This document shows, in pieces, positions 1-16,419 of a DNA stretch of 64,000 bases (positions are counted from its first letter, which is position 1; every line of letters starts with the position of its first letter). The stretch comes from Chrysomallon squamiferum (lineage: Eukaryota > Animalia > Mollusca), in the NCBI GenBank assembly GCA_012295275.1, contig CM022677.1, positions 18,600,001-18,664,000 of the forward strand, read 5' to 3'. The notes beneath the pieces are model-generated. The model was not told where the DNA came from, made no database searches, and saw only the letters and a list, made by a program, of their open reading frames with translations. A program made the position numbers and the translations under genes.

Positions 1-73
1 CAGTGAGAAATAAAGTAGAGGGGAATCACCAGAGGGAAATACCCGATGGAGGGGGGGGAATGTCCTGACACCG

Positions 74-450
74 TATTTTATATCATAAACAAATAACTGG
101 ATGACTTTTATTAAGAAAACTTTATATGAATTGGGACTGGGAAACACAGATTAATGAAAATATTGAAAAATATTTATGCATAACTAAGCAATTGACACAT
201 GACTTAGCAAGGCAGAATCTTTCAATTCAGATAAATACATCTGTGAAATGTAACAAGTTATGTAAATACATTACAGATGGTGTAACAATTCAGTTTGATT
301 TAGTTAAATCTGTACCAATGATTTATAAAAGATACTTGACAAAAGTGAATCTGCACATCAGCTGACAAATGAGACTGGGAGATGCAGGAATAGTGAGAGA
401 GCAGAAGAAAAAAAGTAGATAATGTAACAGTGGTGAGATGAGACTGAACA
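74..450 (+). mobile_element. Degraded non-LTR retrotransposon (LINE) ORF2 3' remnant upstream of TNF copy 1
   Basis: Translates KCNKLCKYITDGVTIQFDLVKSVPMIYKRYLTKV... Better-preserved paralogs at 29141 and 44785 continue RLSVHQLTNEPGRYRNxERAERICxLCxSGxxEDE, which resembles the Cys-rich C-terminus of invertebrate LINE ORF2. Confidence 0.6.
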
Positions 451-1127
451 TAAGAAATCACTGTGTAATTTGGGAAAATATTTGTTTAAAGCATTTCAAT
501 GTCATAAAGTTTAGATTTGTTAGATATAACTTACGTGCTATATTATTTATATTCTCCAAATATTTTTTTTTTCTTTTTATCATATTGTCACTATTTATAT
601 TTTTTGCATTTGTATTGAAATTTTATATCAATAGGCTGTAAAGATTATGATAATAAATAATTGAATTGAACCACTAAACCCTACAATGAACGGTTGTAAG
701 CAAAGCATTTAACTGTCTGCCTGAATTCTTCTCATTTTCTCACTAGGCCTCGTGTCACGTGGTCTATGGCGTTAGATGAAGTATCTATTATCACATGATG
801 ACTGTAACATATAAATTACAGAAAAGACTAAATCTACTGTTACTCAAAAATAATTGGCAAAGTCCGAATCAGTGGGTGTATATATTGACTTTCCAGTGAC
901 TTTCTCAATGACAATGATTTGTACTCATCAACTATAGGATTGATCACACAGAAGAAGGTATTTCCTATCTATATAATAAAACAAATTAAAAACCAGTGAC
1001 TGGATAGACGACATCGTGTATAAACATTTCATTGGTAAGAAACCATCTTAAAAGAAAAATCAAACGGACAATCACAATTCAGAATTTGTATATAAGCGTT
1101 ATACATATGTTCTGAGATAAAAAATAA

Positions 1128-3365
<2,238 letters not shown>

Positions 3366-3589
3366 TTTTCTATAACTAAAAGGTAGAGATGTCGGGTTTT
3401 ACTAAAAGAGAAAGATTAAACACGAAACCCAAACTTACAAAGCACAGACATAACTTTCACTTCTAGAACTTTGATGAGAATCACTTTTGTGAATTTAATA
3501 TTATTACTGCTACTACTACAACTTCTACTGCTACTACTGTATCGTTTGTATATTTTTGATCTTATTTTATCTCTTGTATATTTTCTGTC

Positions 3590-3620
<31 letters not shown>

Positions 3621-4065
3621 TGATGATGATCATGATCATGATGATGATGATGATAATAATAATAATAATATTGCTGTTCCTTTTGCTGATAATGATCACT
3701 GAGATGGGGACAACGAAACTTCTCTTTAATTATGTGACCTTATCAAGTACAGGAATTCATGTACAAAGTATTTTAGAACAGCAGTGTCAAAGTAGTGAAC
3801 TGCAGGAGGTCAAGAGTTTGTGAAACTGAAGCAGTTTATGTAATCGACTTCTCAGCTGTAATTGTCATGAACTGTAATAGATGTACTGCGTTTTTGATTA
3901 TATCTTTGTTGAATATATTTCTTTCCAGTTATTTTTGTTTTATCTAACCATCAGGTGTTTTGTATTGGTTTGATTTGTTCAGTTTTTACAACTGTGATGT
4001 TTTATGAATCTCGTCAGTTTGCCATGTTGTAAATGTTAACATTGCTGTATCAGGAATTAACTAAT

Positions 4066-4071
4066 ATTAAA
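4066..4071 (+). terminator. Putative polyadenylation signal (ATTAAA) of TNF copy 1
   Basis: ATTAAA followed about 20 nt later by GT/T-rich GTCTTGTTTGTTT; same context downstream of copies 2, 3 and 4 (~14110, ~34844, ~49178). Confidence 0.5.
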
Positions 4072-5547
4072 CTTCTTTAATTTGAAACATGGTCTTGTTT
4101 GTTTATTCCTTAGACACCTGATTTCATGTAGTGAGTAACTAGTAGGTTACGTAGGTCTATATGCATATATATATATATATTTGTATGTATGTATGTGTGT
4201 ATGCATGAATCTATGTATATGTGTATATATCTATGTAGGAATGTATGTATGTATCTGTGTATATATGTATGTATGTATGTACATATGTATGTATGTATGT
4301 GTGTATTGAAGTAGTGTAACCATTATTTTGGAGAACAGATGTTAATCTGAGATCAGACTGAACAAAGAAAACTGTGGATATTAAAACAGACATGCAAACA
4401 GACATGACACAGCAGTGATGTTATAAACTGATTGTGACGTCAACGTCCTGCTAAGCAGAACGTGATTTGCATATTCAAATACTTACACACAAAATGTTCC
4501 AGAACGCACTCCACAACAAGCTGACAATTAGGAAGTCGTGTCCCGGGTACACGTGACGTACAGGTGACGGATTAGAACACCTCACCGCTTACCTAATCTG
4601 GAGATTGCCAGTTTTGGCAGTCACCTATTTTTAGCTGGGTGGGTAAAACCCAACTGAAGCGAAAAAATAATAATAATAATAGGTCTTACTTATTATTGTT
4701 TTCGAACAAATGCAGAATGTTATTTATTTATTTATTTATTTTTCATATCATTCCCATGTTGATGTGTCCCGAGGTCCTACTAAATCAACAAAGATCCGCC
4801 ATTTTACTCTCTTATTAGAGTCGTCAGAAAACATCAAAGGAACAATCACAGTTATCAGTTTTAATGAACTGGAACAAAAAAATGGGTGAATTCTTACTGC
4901 CACACATAAACAAGCAAATAGGAATATTAATACGCCAACATAAATAAATAAACAAACAAAACAGAAAAAGGCAATAAATAAATAAAATAAATAAATTAAT
5001 TAATTAATTAAATTTAATTTAATTTAAGAAATAAAGAAAATATATAAGCAAATGATCTATCTCCCTCTCTCTCTCTATCTATCTATTCATCTATACATAT
5101 ATAAATGGTAAAAGAAAAAAAAAAAAAAAATAATAATAATCATCATAATAATAATAATTAATAAAATTTTAAAAACTAAATAATAATTTTTAAAAACAAG
5201 AATTATAAATGGGATACAGATTTATGAAATAAACAAAAACGGACTTTTAGAAAGTAAAATAAAAACATAATAATTAAAAAAAGAGAGAAAAACAAACACG
5301 TATTAAACGTTGTTACAAAACATCTGCACTGTTTATTCTTGATCCAGCTCTCTGAATCAAACATTTTCCCACTGAACATTAAAGTACACCTTTCTTCGAC
5401 ACACAAGGGAAAAAATATTATGTATATGAAAAACAACAACGACGACAACAAAAGAATAACATCAACAGAAAAAAACAGAAAAAACAACAACAAACAACTA
5501 TAAACAAAATAAATCAGTACTAATAAATCTTACGTAAATTCATCGTA

Positions 5548-5600
<53 letters not shown>

Positions 5601-6505
5601 TGCTTTGTATAAAATGTTCTGTTCACAGATAAGAAGGTTGTTCTTTGACCCCCTCTGTGATTAATACGTACAAACAGGAAAACATAATGATTGATATCTC
5701 AAAAACGTGACTAGATACTAAACTGGATACACAGATCTGCAGACACATGTTTTAAATCCGGGTGTTACAAATCATGTTTCGTCTTTTCTTTTCAGTGCTC
5801 GCTATCTCATTGATCCGTGCAAACAAAGAAAAGAAATGTTACACACGATCAGAGAAATGAAATATGTACTTAGTATCGTGACATATTCATTTGATGTTGA
5901 TAATAAGTAAAGGAAAACATAGAAATAAATAAATCAATCGAAATTTAAATAAATAAATAAATGAATAATGAGAATGGAAGTACGAACAAGAAAATTAATA
6001 GGTAAAACATGTGAAACAAAACAAATATCCGAGATATTAAAAACGTGCTTACATGTTAAATATGATACCTCACGAGAGATCTTAGACTCGTGTTTTAAAT
6101 CCTGATGTCAGAGATTATGTTTTGTCTTCTGTTTAATGTACAAGTTCAAGTTAGTTTGAAAAGGACTAATTCATGATAATCTATGAGTAGAAATTAATGG
6201 TGAGAAATAAAAGGTAATAAAAGGTAATTCGGCACACAGACAAATTGACAGAGATCTAACAGCAAACACTGAAAACATTATAATGTTAAATGTCTTGACA
6301 ATTTCTTAGATCGGAAATAATATTAATGAAATAGTTATTGAAATAGCATTACTAAAAATATATATACTCTTTGATGTGCAGCGTTTTGTACATTTATGTT
6401 AAATAAGATGACTCAAATTCAGCAATTTTTAATTATAGTTTTGTGGAGCAGAATTTGTTGTAATGAACAGCTCAGATAAAATGAGAGTAAATCTCCTACC
6501 CACAC

Positions 6506-6603
<98 letters not shown>

Positions 6604-6928
6604 TTATTTTTATTACTACTACTAGTAGTAGTGATATAAGGTATTAAATAAATAAATAAATAAGACAACAAAAAAAAGAAAAAAAAAAGAAAGAAATAAA
6701 CCACAAAACAAGGTGACTTAGACTTTGCCGTGAGTTAAAAGTAAGGCGAAGTTCAGTACAAAAAGACGAGTATTTCGTTCGGGTCGCCATCTCGCGTGCA
6801 CGCTGACTGTGCAATTTCTCCGATGAAACTAGATAGCCGTTTAACAGTAACTTTTGTAATAAAACATTCAACTTTCATGTATAATCTTTATAAACCGGCC
6901 CTCTGTCTAAAACGTCAAGTGAGTCCAC

Positions 6929-7037
<109 letters not shown>

Positions 7038-8007
7038 GCCCTTGTTGTTGTTTTTTCGTTGTTGTTGTTGTGGTCCTGTTGCTGCTTTTTTTATTTTTTT
7101 ATTTTTTTATTAATTAATTATATATAAACATATACAAATCGAGCCTTTCAAAAATGAAATTATTTCAGGTGGATCCTTATTTTCATTTTTGTCGCTCTTT
7201 TTACTATTGCTACAACAACGACCACGACGACGACAACAACAATAATAAATCCAAAAATTAAACTTTAGGAAAAAAGAACAAAAAAGAAAAAAGAAGAAAC
7301 AACAATCGACGTATAAATGTACTAACAACTTCAACATTTAATTTTTTTTCTTTTTCTTTCTCTCTTTGTTCTTTTCACACGCATCAGTGTGTGCGTGATT
7401 TTTTTTTTTTATGAGTACTTTAACTGTTATATTTACAAATTGGTTATCATAAAATGTTCACTATGAAATTGCCTTCATATGTTTGTTTAGACAGAATTAA
7501 ATAAGGAAAACATTAAAAATAATAAAATGTAAAATACAAAGATGTAAAGAATGTTATTAATTGATTAATTAATTAAATAAGTAAGTATGTGAGGACTAAT
7601 GCTTCGAAAAAAAAGAATTAAAATCATTAAAATAAATGTATCATTATGTACTTGCATTTACAGTATTTCTTTAACCATTGATCTGAAATAGCAATAATAC
7701 TGAAATCGTTATAATGATTACATTCTTCTTCATGAATATAGCTTCAATTTTATATATATATAAATCAGTTTGAAAAGAGATCAGGCGGTATAATCAGGGT
7801 TTTCATTTAGTTAACATTTGATAAACAGAGTTACTTCCCTTATCGGGAAATTCGGAGGTAGGAATCGAAATCTCATTGATAATGTCTACACTTGTTTAAG
7901 TAAATCTGGATTATAAATGTGTTAAAAAGACACGAATAAGTCTCATAAAAGTATTCAGCGTAGAGTTTTAGTTACATACCTAAAATCATCCTCATTATTA
8001 TTATTAA

Positions 8008-8068
<61 letters not shown>

Positions 8069-8359
8069 TTTATTATGATTATTATCATTATTACTGTTGA
8101 TGTTGATATTGTTTGTTTTCGGTTAATTAATTATATATAAACATATATAAATGGAGCCTGTCAAAAATGAAAACATATCAGGTGAATCATCCTTTTCATT
8201 ACTGTTGTTGTTACTCGACGAATAAATGAAATAATAACTTTAAAAAAATTCATTTCATTTTTTTCTTTTTATTTCTCTCTTTCTGACTTTCTGTTTTGTG
8301 TATGTCTATGCTTGAGTGTGCCTGTGTGTGTGTGTATGTGTGTGCGTCCTTTTCTCTTT

Positions 8360-9090
8360 TCTCTCTATCATAACTTTACCGTATCGTGACGTCATATATT
8401 CCATAACTTTGCAGAGACAAACTCCGTAACCTTTATCTTTGACATCAACCGACTTTCCTTTCTTGACGTCAAACTTTTCCAGAAATTTCAAATCAAAATA
8501 CTTCAGGAAACGACTATAGGAAAAAAACTGGAGGCTTCTTGTTATTCATGTATGCGATTCCTAACAATGAGACATACTCAAACATGCATCTTTCCATTTT
8601 TCTCATGTCCTGAATCTCAACTAAAGATTTGCTAGTGGTCTTCAATTTCCATCTGACATACAAGTTCAATGTTTTTCTTCGTTTGTACGCCGTGCTGTGA
8701 GTATAATTACCCAGAAGGTCAAGATTTCCGTCCAGTCACCACTTTTCTTCTGAACCAGCTGCTCTTGTGTTACTATAAGATGCCGTCGTAGTTCCAGAAC
8801 TCAGAAGAACGTCTTTCCTTGTTACCAGATGTACTTTATTGTTAGAGTTATCTGCCGGTGTACGGCGTGAATGATTATGACATCTAATCCCACGCCATCT
8901 TAAACACGAACAGCCAAGTTTTCTAAAATACTTTTTCACACTGTTTTCGTCGTATAAATACATTTTAATTAGAATTACTGGAATGTCGATCACAATAAAT
9001 ATCCAGACAGAAATTTAAATTATCCATGTTTTAATAATCTGCTGTTGTGTTCGACGTTGAATAACGCTAAATTTGCAGTTTTAGTGTTTT
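8360..9090 (-). pseudogene. alpha-1,2-fucosyltransferase (GT11, FUT1/FUT2-like) pseudogene, copy A
   Basis: Hydrophobic N-terminal anchor, premature TGA at 8736-8738, then ...RCMFEYVSLLGIAYMNNKKP (resembles GT11 N-terminal motif GRLGNQMFQYASLxGIAxxN). A +1 frameshift in a T-run near 8525 precedes RFLKYFDLKFLEKF...LCKVMEYMTSRYGKV. The C-terminus is missing. Confidence 0.8.
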
Positions 9091-9104
9091 GTTAACGTGG
9101 AAAA

Positions 9105-9371
9105 CAGAGAAAGAGAGACAGTGAGAGACAGGGAGAGACAGGGACAGAGAGACAGAGAAAGAGAGTAACAGAGAGATAGACATATAGAGACAGAGACAGA
9201 ATGAGACAAAGAGCTAGAGACAGAGAGAGAATGGGTAAGAGACAGAGAGACAGAAAGACAGAGACAGACAAAGTGTCAGGGACAGACAGACAGAAAGATA
9301 AACGGACAGAGACAGAGACACACACAAAGCCGAGAGACACAGAGAGAGAAATAGAAATAATGGGAAATAGA

Positions 9372-9451
<80 letters not shown>

Positions 9452-10040
9452 CAGACAGAGAGACAGACACCGAGACAGAGAAATAATGAGACAAAGAGGA
9501 GACACAGAGACGGAGAGACAGGTTGCAAGAAAGAGAGCAGAAAGAGAGACACATTGATAAAGAATGGGAAATAGAGAGGCATAGAGTTAGGCAGACAGAA
9601 AGACACATACAGAAAGACAATCGAAGAGGCAGACAGAGAGACAGACACAGAGAAAGACAAAGAATGGCAGAAAGAGAGAGACAGAGAGAGAAAGAATGGG
9701 AGACAGCGATAATGGGAGACTGAGACAGACAGAGAAACAGAAGAAGAGGGACTGAGAGAAAGACAGACGGACTGAAAGAGACAGAAGCACAGAAAGACAA
9801 AGAATGGCATAAAGAGAGAGACAAAGCGAGAAAGAATGCGAGACGGAGACAGACAGAGAAACAGAAAGAGAGGGACTGAAAGAAAGACAGACGGACTGAC
9901 AGAGACAGACACAGAAACATAGAGAGAATGGGGCAAAGAAAGAGACAGACAGAGAGACAGAGACATAGCAATAATGGGAGAGAGGGAGAGGGAGAGAGAG
10001 ATAGGAAGACAGAGAGAGACACAGAGGCATAGGGATAGAG
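9105..10040. repeat. GA/GACA-rich compound microsatellite
   Basis: Directly visible. Pure (GA)n or (CT)n tracts also occur at ~14202-14286, 16221-16412, 18228-18391, 26362-26453, 29911-30008, 35070-35300 and 60785-60897. Confidence 0.9.
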
Positions 10041-11099
10041 ACAACACTCTCTGAAACGAACCAGCAGGACTTAAATGAAAAAAAAAAATGAAAAGAAAAA
10101 AGAGAAAAAAATCCAATAATTGCGTGATCAATAAAGAATTCATTCAAGTGTGCAAATTTAGAGTGACTTATCTTGGCTTCGTAATTTTTATATTTTTTTC
10201 ATTTGATATACACGCTGTAACAGTGACAATACAAATGAATGTAAGAGATTAGCATTTATGTCGACAAACAAGATATCGCAGGATATCACGAATATCTTGA
10301 AAAATCTTGTATCAATTGAACGTAGCATTTATGGCGAATCTGAAAAAAAAGATAAATCGCAGATTAATGAAAATATAAAAAAAAATATTTGTGCAAAATT
10401 AAGAGATATATATTAGCAGGGCTTTTTCAGTTCATCTAAAATATCAGTTATGACACACACACATACACACACACACACACACACTTATATATCTATATGT
10501 ACATACGATACTGAAATGTAACAATTTATACAAATACATCAGATACAGGAAAACTGAGAGAGCACAAAGAATATGTAGATTATGTAACACTGTTGAGATT
10601 AAAAATAAGAAATCGCTGTGCAGTTTATGAAAATATTTGTTTAAAACATTTCAATATCGAAGAGTACGATAATAAATAATTGAATTGAACCACTAATCCT
10701 TGCAACGAACAGTTGTGAACAAAGCATTAAACCCATTTGACTGACTGCTTGAACTGATCTCATTTTCTCACTAGGTCTCGTGTCACGTGGTCTCGGGCGT
10801 TAGCTCAAATGTCTAGTTTCACATGTTGACTGTAAGATATAAATTACAGAAAGGACTAAGTCTACTGTTACTGAGAAATAATTGGCAAAGCGGGAAATCT
10901 GATCCGAATCACTGGGTGTATATATTGACTTTCACAAGGACTATGAGTATATTCTCATAAACTATAGGATAACAGTACAAAGAAGAATTATTTTATATAT
11001 ATATAATAACAGAATTAAAAATCACATCTTGGATAGACGACATCGTGTGTAAATATTTCACTGTTTGCTGTTTGTATCTAAGCGACATACAAGTTATCT

Positions 11100-11604
11100 G
11101 TGATTAAAAAAAAAAAAAAAAAAAATCGTTACAGCCTTGGTTTCAAACAAAACAAAGAAAGAAAACCCAGAAAAAGCAGTATTCGAGGTAGGACTAACTG
11201 GGACAGTAACGAGCCTTTCATCAAACCAAATGGAGAAGAAACTGCAGAAAGTTTTCTCAATCCTGACACTAAACGTACGTCAAGAGAAAAAGTGCGTGAA
11301 AAATTTGAAAAAGATAAACACACAGAAAAAGAGAAAAACAAATTCTGGACAGAGACCATTGTCCTTTTTCTTTTCATCGACATCTTTCTGGTGATCGTTA
11401 TATTTCTAACTTTCACTACACCACGGGTGCAGTCACAACGTCAAACCGTTGTGCAATGGGACGACGACGTCTGCTTTCCGTGCAAAGATGTTTATCTCAC
11501 CGACGACGACAAAACTGACAACATCTACGACTTCGACGTTCGAGAAGATGGAAATATCTGCTGTGCTGGTCGTGAGGGAAACCTGATCGACATCGTAACA
11601 AAGG

Positions 11605-11657
<53 letters not shown>

Positions 11658-11670
11658 GTTATTATTATTC

Positions 11671-11707
<37 letters not shown>

Positions 11708-13005
11708 GTTATTATTATTATTGTTATGCTTGTTGTTGTTGTTGTTCATGATGTATGTATGTATATATGTATGTTCTTACATGTAAAGTAAAATATGTTA
11801 ATACTTTTCTACAATTCTATTTATTCCCAGTTTTCAGAAACACAGTACCAGCAAGAAAGAGCCAAAAGTGAGTAGTAAATAATTCTGAATAGACAATAAT
11901 ATTCTCAATACATTCAAAACTAAAAATTGACATTTGTGACCGGAGAAAATTTAAAAAGACAAAAGATCTTCTCTTTTTCTTTGTGTGTCTATTTGCCCCT
12001 GTCTGTCTTTCTGTTTCTCTGTCTGACTGTGTGTCACTCCGTAATACGTGAACACACACACACACATAGAGATACACACATCCACACAGCCACACACATA
12101 CACACACAGACAAACACGCACACAACATATATATACCTACATATCTAACAAAAATGAAAAACTCAGAAAACACACAGGTATGTGTTAAACTATGTATTCA
12201 GTCTTCGACAGTAAGGCACGTCTGAACGACTTTGTCTAGTAAACGACTGGTTCGGTCTAATCACAACTGTTTCTAACTAGCCCGACTGGTCGTGTTAATA
12301 ATGTATGAACTGTGAATTAATTTGCTATCAGTGATCCTATAAACATTAGTATTGAGGAAATATAAAACTATCGACGTGGAAATCCCCGGTTCTATAATTA
12401 GACATGTAAAGCGGAGTGTGCAGTAAATAACTAAACAATCCCGACTTCGTCCTAACCGCTGAGTAATATTGAAATTTTTGTAGAGGCGGGATTAGTTAGA
12501 ACTCGGGTAGGTTCAGCACCTCGTTATACAGTCGGAACATTTCGTACATTTCTTTGAAATATAAGCGTAGCGGAATGTGACGAGGTGTTCCGACTGACCG
12601 GAATCGACCGAGATATGCTCAATATAGAGTGTGCGTGTGATAAATGTAGTACGCATACTTAAAAACATTAACGTCGAAATATATATATATATGTCATATT
12701 TTTTAGATTCTGAATCACGTTTTGTTGGGGAGAGAGACCGCTCAGCATATCTACACGGAATTGACTGGGCGAGGTCAGGTGAGGTCAAAGTTCATTAAAA
12801 ACTAAACAGTAATGAGATATTAGAATATTAGATATCATTTTTAAAAAACAGATGTGTTCATTATTTAACCATATTAAATATTTATTATAAAATAATAATA
12901 ATAATAATTTGTCAGTCTGTTTATTAGAAGTTCTAGCTTTAATGTGGATTTGTACCTGTGTATGAGATAGAGAGAGAGAAACAGAGTTTGCTAAACAATT
13001 TTTGA

Positions 13006-13042
<37 letters not shown>

Positions 13043-13435
13043 GCAGAAGGACAAAATATACTGCACTGGAACCAAACCTCTTCGTTCATTGGGAAGAAGA
13101 TGATCTACAAAGATGGCCGCATTCAAGTAAAAACGCCTGGCACGTGTTTTATTTACGCTCATCTTGTTTTCGTGAACAACCAAACACAAGACGACGCCAC
13201 TTCTGTTCATTCCATCTGGCTTAGAAATGGCGGGAAACACGAAGAGAAATTACTCGAGCTTTTCCAGTCTCAGTATCGTGTGACGTCATCAGGGACAGCA
13301 GGCTTTACTCCTACTTACCAAGGCGCGCTGTTTGAACTGAAAGCAGACGACAGTATTGAACTGCGCGTGCAGAACGTTAAAAATCTTGAAAAGGAGAACA
13401 ACAAACACAACTTCGGAATTTACTGCTTTCAGTAA
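11100..13435 (+). CDS. TNF-superfamily ligand copy 2; exons ~11100-11603, 11831-11867, 12707-12778, 13047-13435; no in-frame ATG in exon 1 (5' end uncertain, possible pseudogene)
   Basis: Same exon sizes (37, 72, 389 nt) and splice sites as copy 1, and the frame is open throughout. Where paralogs have aaATGgatca this copy has a poly-A run followed by ATCgtt. The first in-frame Met is at 13100. Confidence 0.75.
12378..12387 (-). promoter_or_regulatory. Candidate NF-kappaB site in intron 2 of TNF copy 2
   Basis: GGAAATCCCC (GGGGATTTCC on - strand); identical at 47359-47368, one mismatch at 2272 and 32206. Confidence 0.4.
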
Positions 13436-13655
13436 TTTTCTATAACTAACAAGTCGTGATTTACTAAAAGAAAATAATTAACACGAAACCCAAATCACAG
13501 ACATAACTTTTACTTACACAACTTTGATGAGAATCAGTTTTGTGAATTTAATATTATTACTGCTACTACTACAACTTCTACTGCTACTACTGTATCTTTT
13601 GTATATTTTTTATCTTATTTTATTTCTTGTATATTTTTCTATCATAATAATAATA

Positions 13656-13687
<32 letters not shown>

Positions 13688-14200
13688 AATAATAATAATC
13701 ATAATAATAATATTGCTGTTCCTTTTGCTCATAATGGTCATTGAGATGGTGACAACGAATCTTCTGTTTAATTATGTGACCTTATCAAGTACAGGAAGTT
13801 CATGTACAAAGTCTTTTAGAACAGCAGTGTCAAAGTAGTGAACTGCAGGAGGTCAAGAGTTAGTGAAACTGAAGCAGTTTATGTAATCGACTCCTCAGCT
13901 GTAATTGTCATGAACTATAATAGATGTATTGTGTTTTTGATTATATCTTTGTTGAATATATTTCTTGCTTGTCATTTTGTTTTTATCTAACCATCAGTTG
14001 TTTTGTATTGGTTTGATTTGTTTAGTTTTTGCAACTGTGTTTTGTTTTATGAATCTTGTCAGTTTGCCATATTGTAAATGTTAACATTTCTCTATCAGGA
14101 ATTAACTAATATTAAACTTTTTTAATTTGAAACATCGTCTTCTTTGTTTATTCCTTAGACAGGTGATTTCCTGTAGTGAGTAACTAGTGGGTTACCTAGG

Positions 14201-14319
<119 letters not shown>

Positions 14320-15261
14320 ATGTATGTATGTGTGTATGCATGAATCTATGTATATGTGTATATATCTATGTTGGAATGTATGTATGTATCTATGTATATA
14401 TGTATGTATGTATGTATATATGTATGTATGTATGTATTGAAGTAGTGTAACCATTATTTTGGAGAATAGATGTTAATCTGAGATGAGACTGAACAAAGGA
14501 AACTGTGGATATTAAAACAGTGTGTGAATATATCGGGGTATCTGGTGTCAACACTGTGTGTAATTGCAAGCAGACGTGACACAGCAGTGATGTTATCAAC
14601 TGACTGTCACGTCAACGTCCTGCTAAGCAGAACGTGATTTGCATATTCAAATACTTACACACAAAATGTTCCAGAAAGCACTTCACCGCAAGCTGACAAG
14701 TAGGAAGCCGTGTCCCGGGTACACGTGACGTACACGTGACGTACACGTGACGGATTAGATCACCTCACCGCTTACCTAGCAACAAACAATTATAAACAAA
14801 ATAATTTTTTTTTAATAATAACAGGTCTTATTTACTATTGTTTTCGAAGAAATGCAGAATGTTATTTATTTACTTACTTATTTATTTATTTATTTATTTT
14901 TCATATAATTCCCATGTTGATGTGTCCCGTGGTCCTACTAAATCAACAAAGATCCGCCATTTTACTCTGTTATTAGAGTCGTCAGAAAATATCAAAGGAA
15001 CAATCACAGTTCTCAGTTTTAATGATTTGGCACAAAAAAATGGGTCGTCTTACTGCCACATGTAAACAAGCAAACAGGATTATTAATACGCAAACATAAA
15101 TAAATAAGCAAACAAAAAAAAAAAAAAAAAAAAAAAAAAAGATAAATAAAATTAATTAATTAATTAACTAAATTTAATTTAATTTAACAAATAAATAAAA
15201 TATATAACCAAATGATCTATCTATTCATCTATACATATAATTCGTCAAAAAAAAATATATA

Positions 15262-15300
<39 letters not shown>

Positions 15301-15905
15301 TAATAAAATTAAAAAAAACAAATAATAATTTTTAAAAACAGGAATTATAAATGGGATTCAGATTTATGAAATAAACACAAACGGACATTTAGAAAGTAAA
15401 ATAAAAACATAATAATTAAAAAAAGAAAGAAAAACAAACACGTATTAAACGTTGTTACAAAACATCTGCACTATTTATTCTTGATCCAGCTCTCTGAATC
15501 AAACATTTTCCCACTGAACATTAAAGTACGCCTTTCTTGGACACACAAGGGAAAAAAATATTATGTATATGAAATACAACAACGACGACAACAAAAGAAT
15601 AACAACAACAGAAAAAACCTAATAAAAAACAACAAACAACTATATACAAAATAAATCAATACTAGATAAGCTTACGTATTTTCATGTTTACTGCGTTCTT
15701 CGTTTTCAATACAAGGTCATGGTTAAGATCATCTTCTTAACTACACTTGCTATATATTTCTATCAATGTATGTTGTCTCCAACTACGAAACCATGGAAAC
15801 AAGAATAAACTGAGTCAGGTGTAGAAAGATATCTCTGAGATATATTTGTTTAAGAGGAACTGATAATTAATTACTCTCAAAGTTGTTGTTGTTGTTATTA
15901 TTATA

Positions 15906-15962
<57 letters not shown>

Positions 15963-16215
15963 GAGACAGTTATGTTGGCAATGGCGATTAAGTACAGTAT
16001 TAGTCTACATCATTTTATTTGTTTCCGTCCTTCTTTGTTTATGAAAATTTCAACAAAAAAAAAAAAAAAAAAAGCAAATTGATGCTATAAATATATATGA
16101 AAGACAACATTTGTATATAGATAGATAGATAATGTGTATATGTATGTGTGTCTGTTTCTGTGTATGTCTGTTTGTGTTTCCACTGACGACACTCGACTGA
16201 AGGGACTAATAACAC

Positions 16216-16415
<200 letters not shown>

Positions 16416-16419
16416 GGTT

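Noticed and set aside
1-73. G-rich stretch ending TGTCCTGACACCG, possible transposon terminus
   Set aside because: Truncated by the window edge; no partner terminus can be verified.
3366-4070. TNF-like AU-rich element cluster in the 3' UTR
   Set aside because: No overlapping ATTTA cluster above the AT-rich background.
4465-4600. snRNA-type promoter (octamer plus PSE-like TCACCGCTTAC)
   Set aside because: No recognisable snRNA follows and the PSE match is weak.
13524-13838. Hydrophobic ORF nearly identical at 48594-48896
   Set aside because: Lies in the TNF 3' UTR, is built from CTA/ATA/ATG triplet repeats, and is broken in copies 1 and 3.
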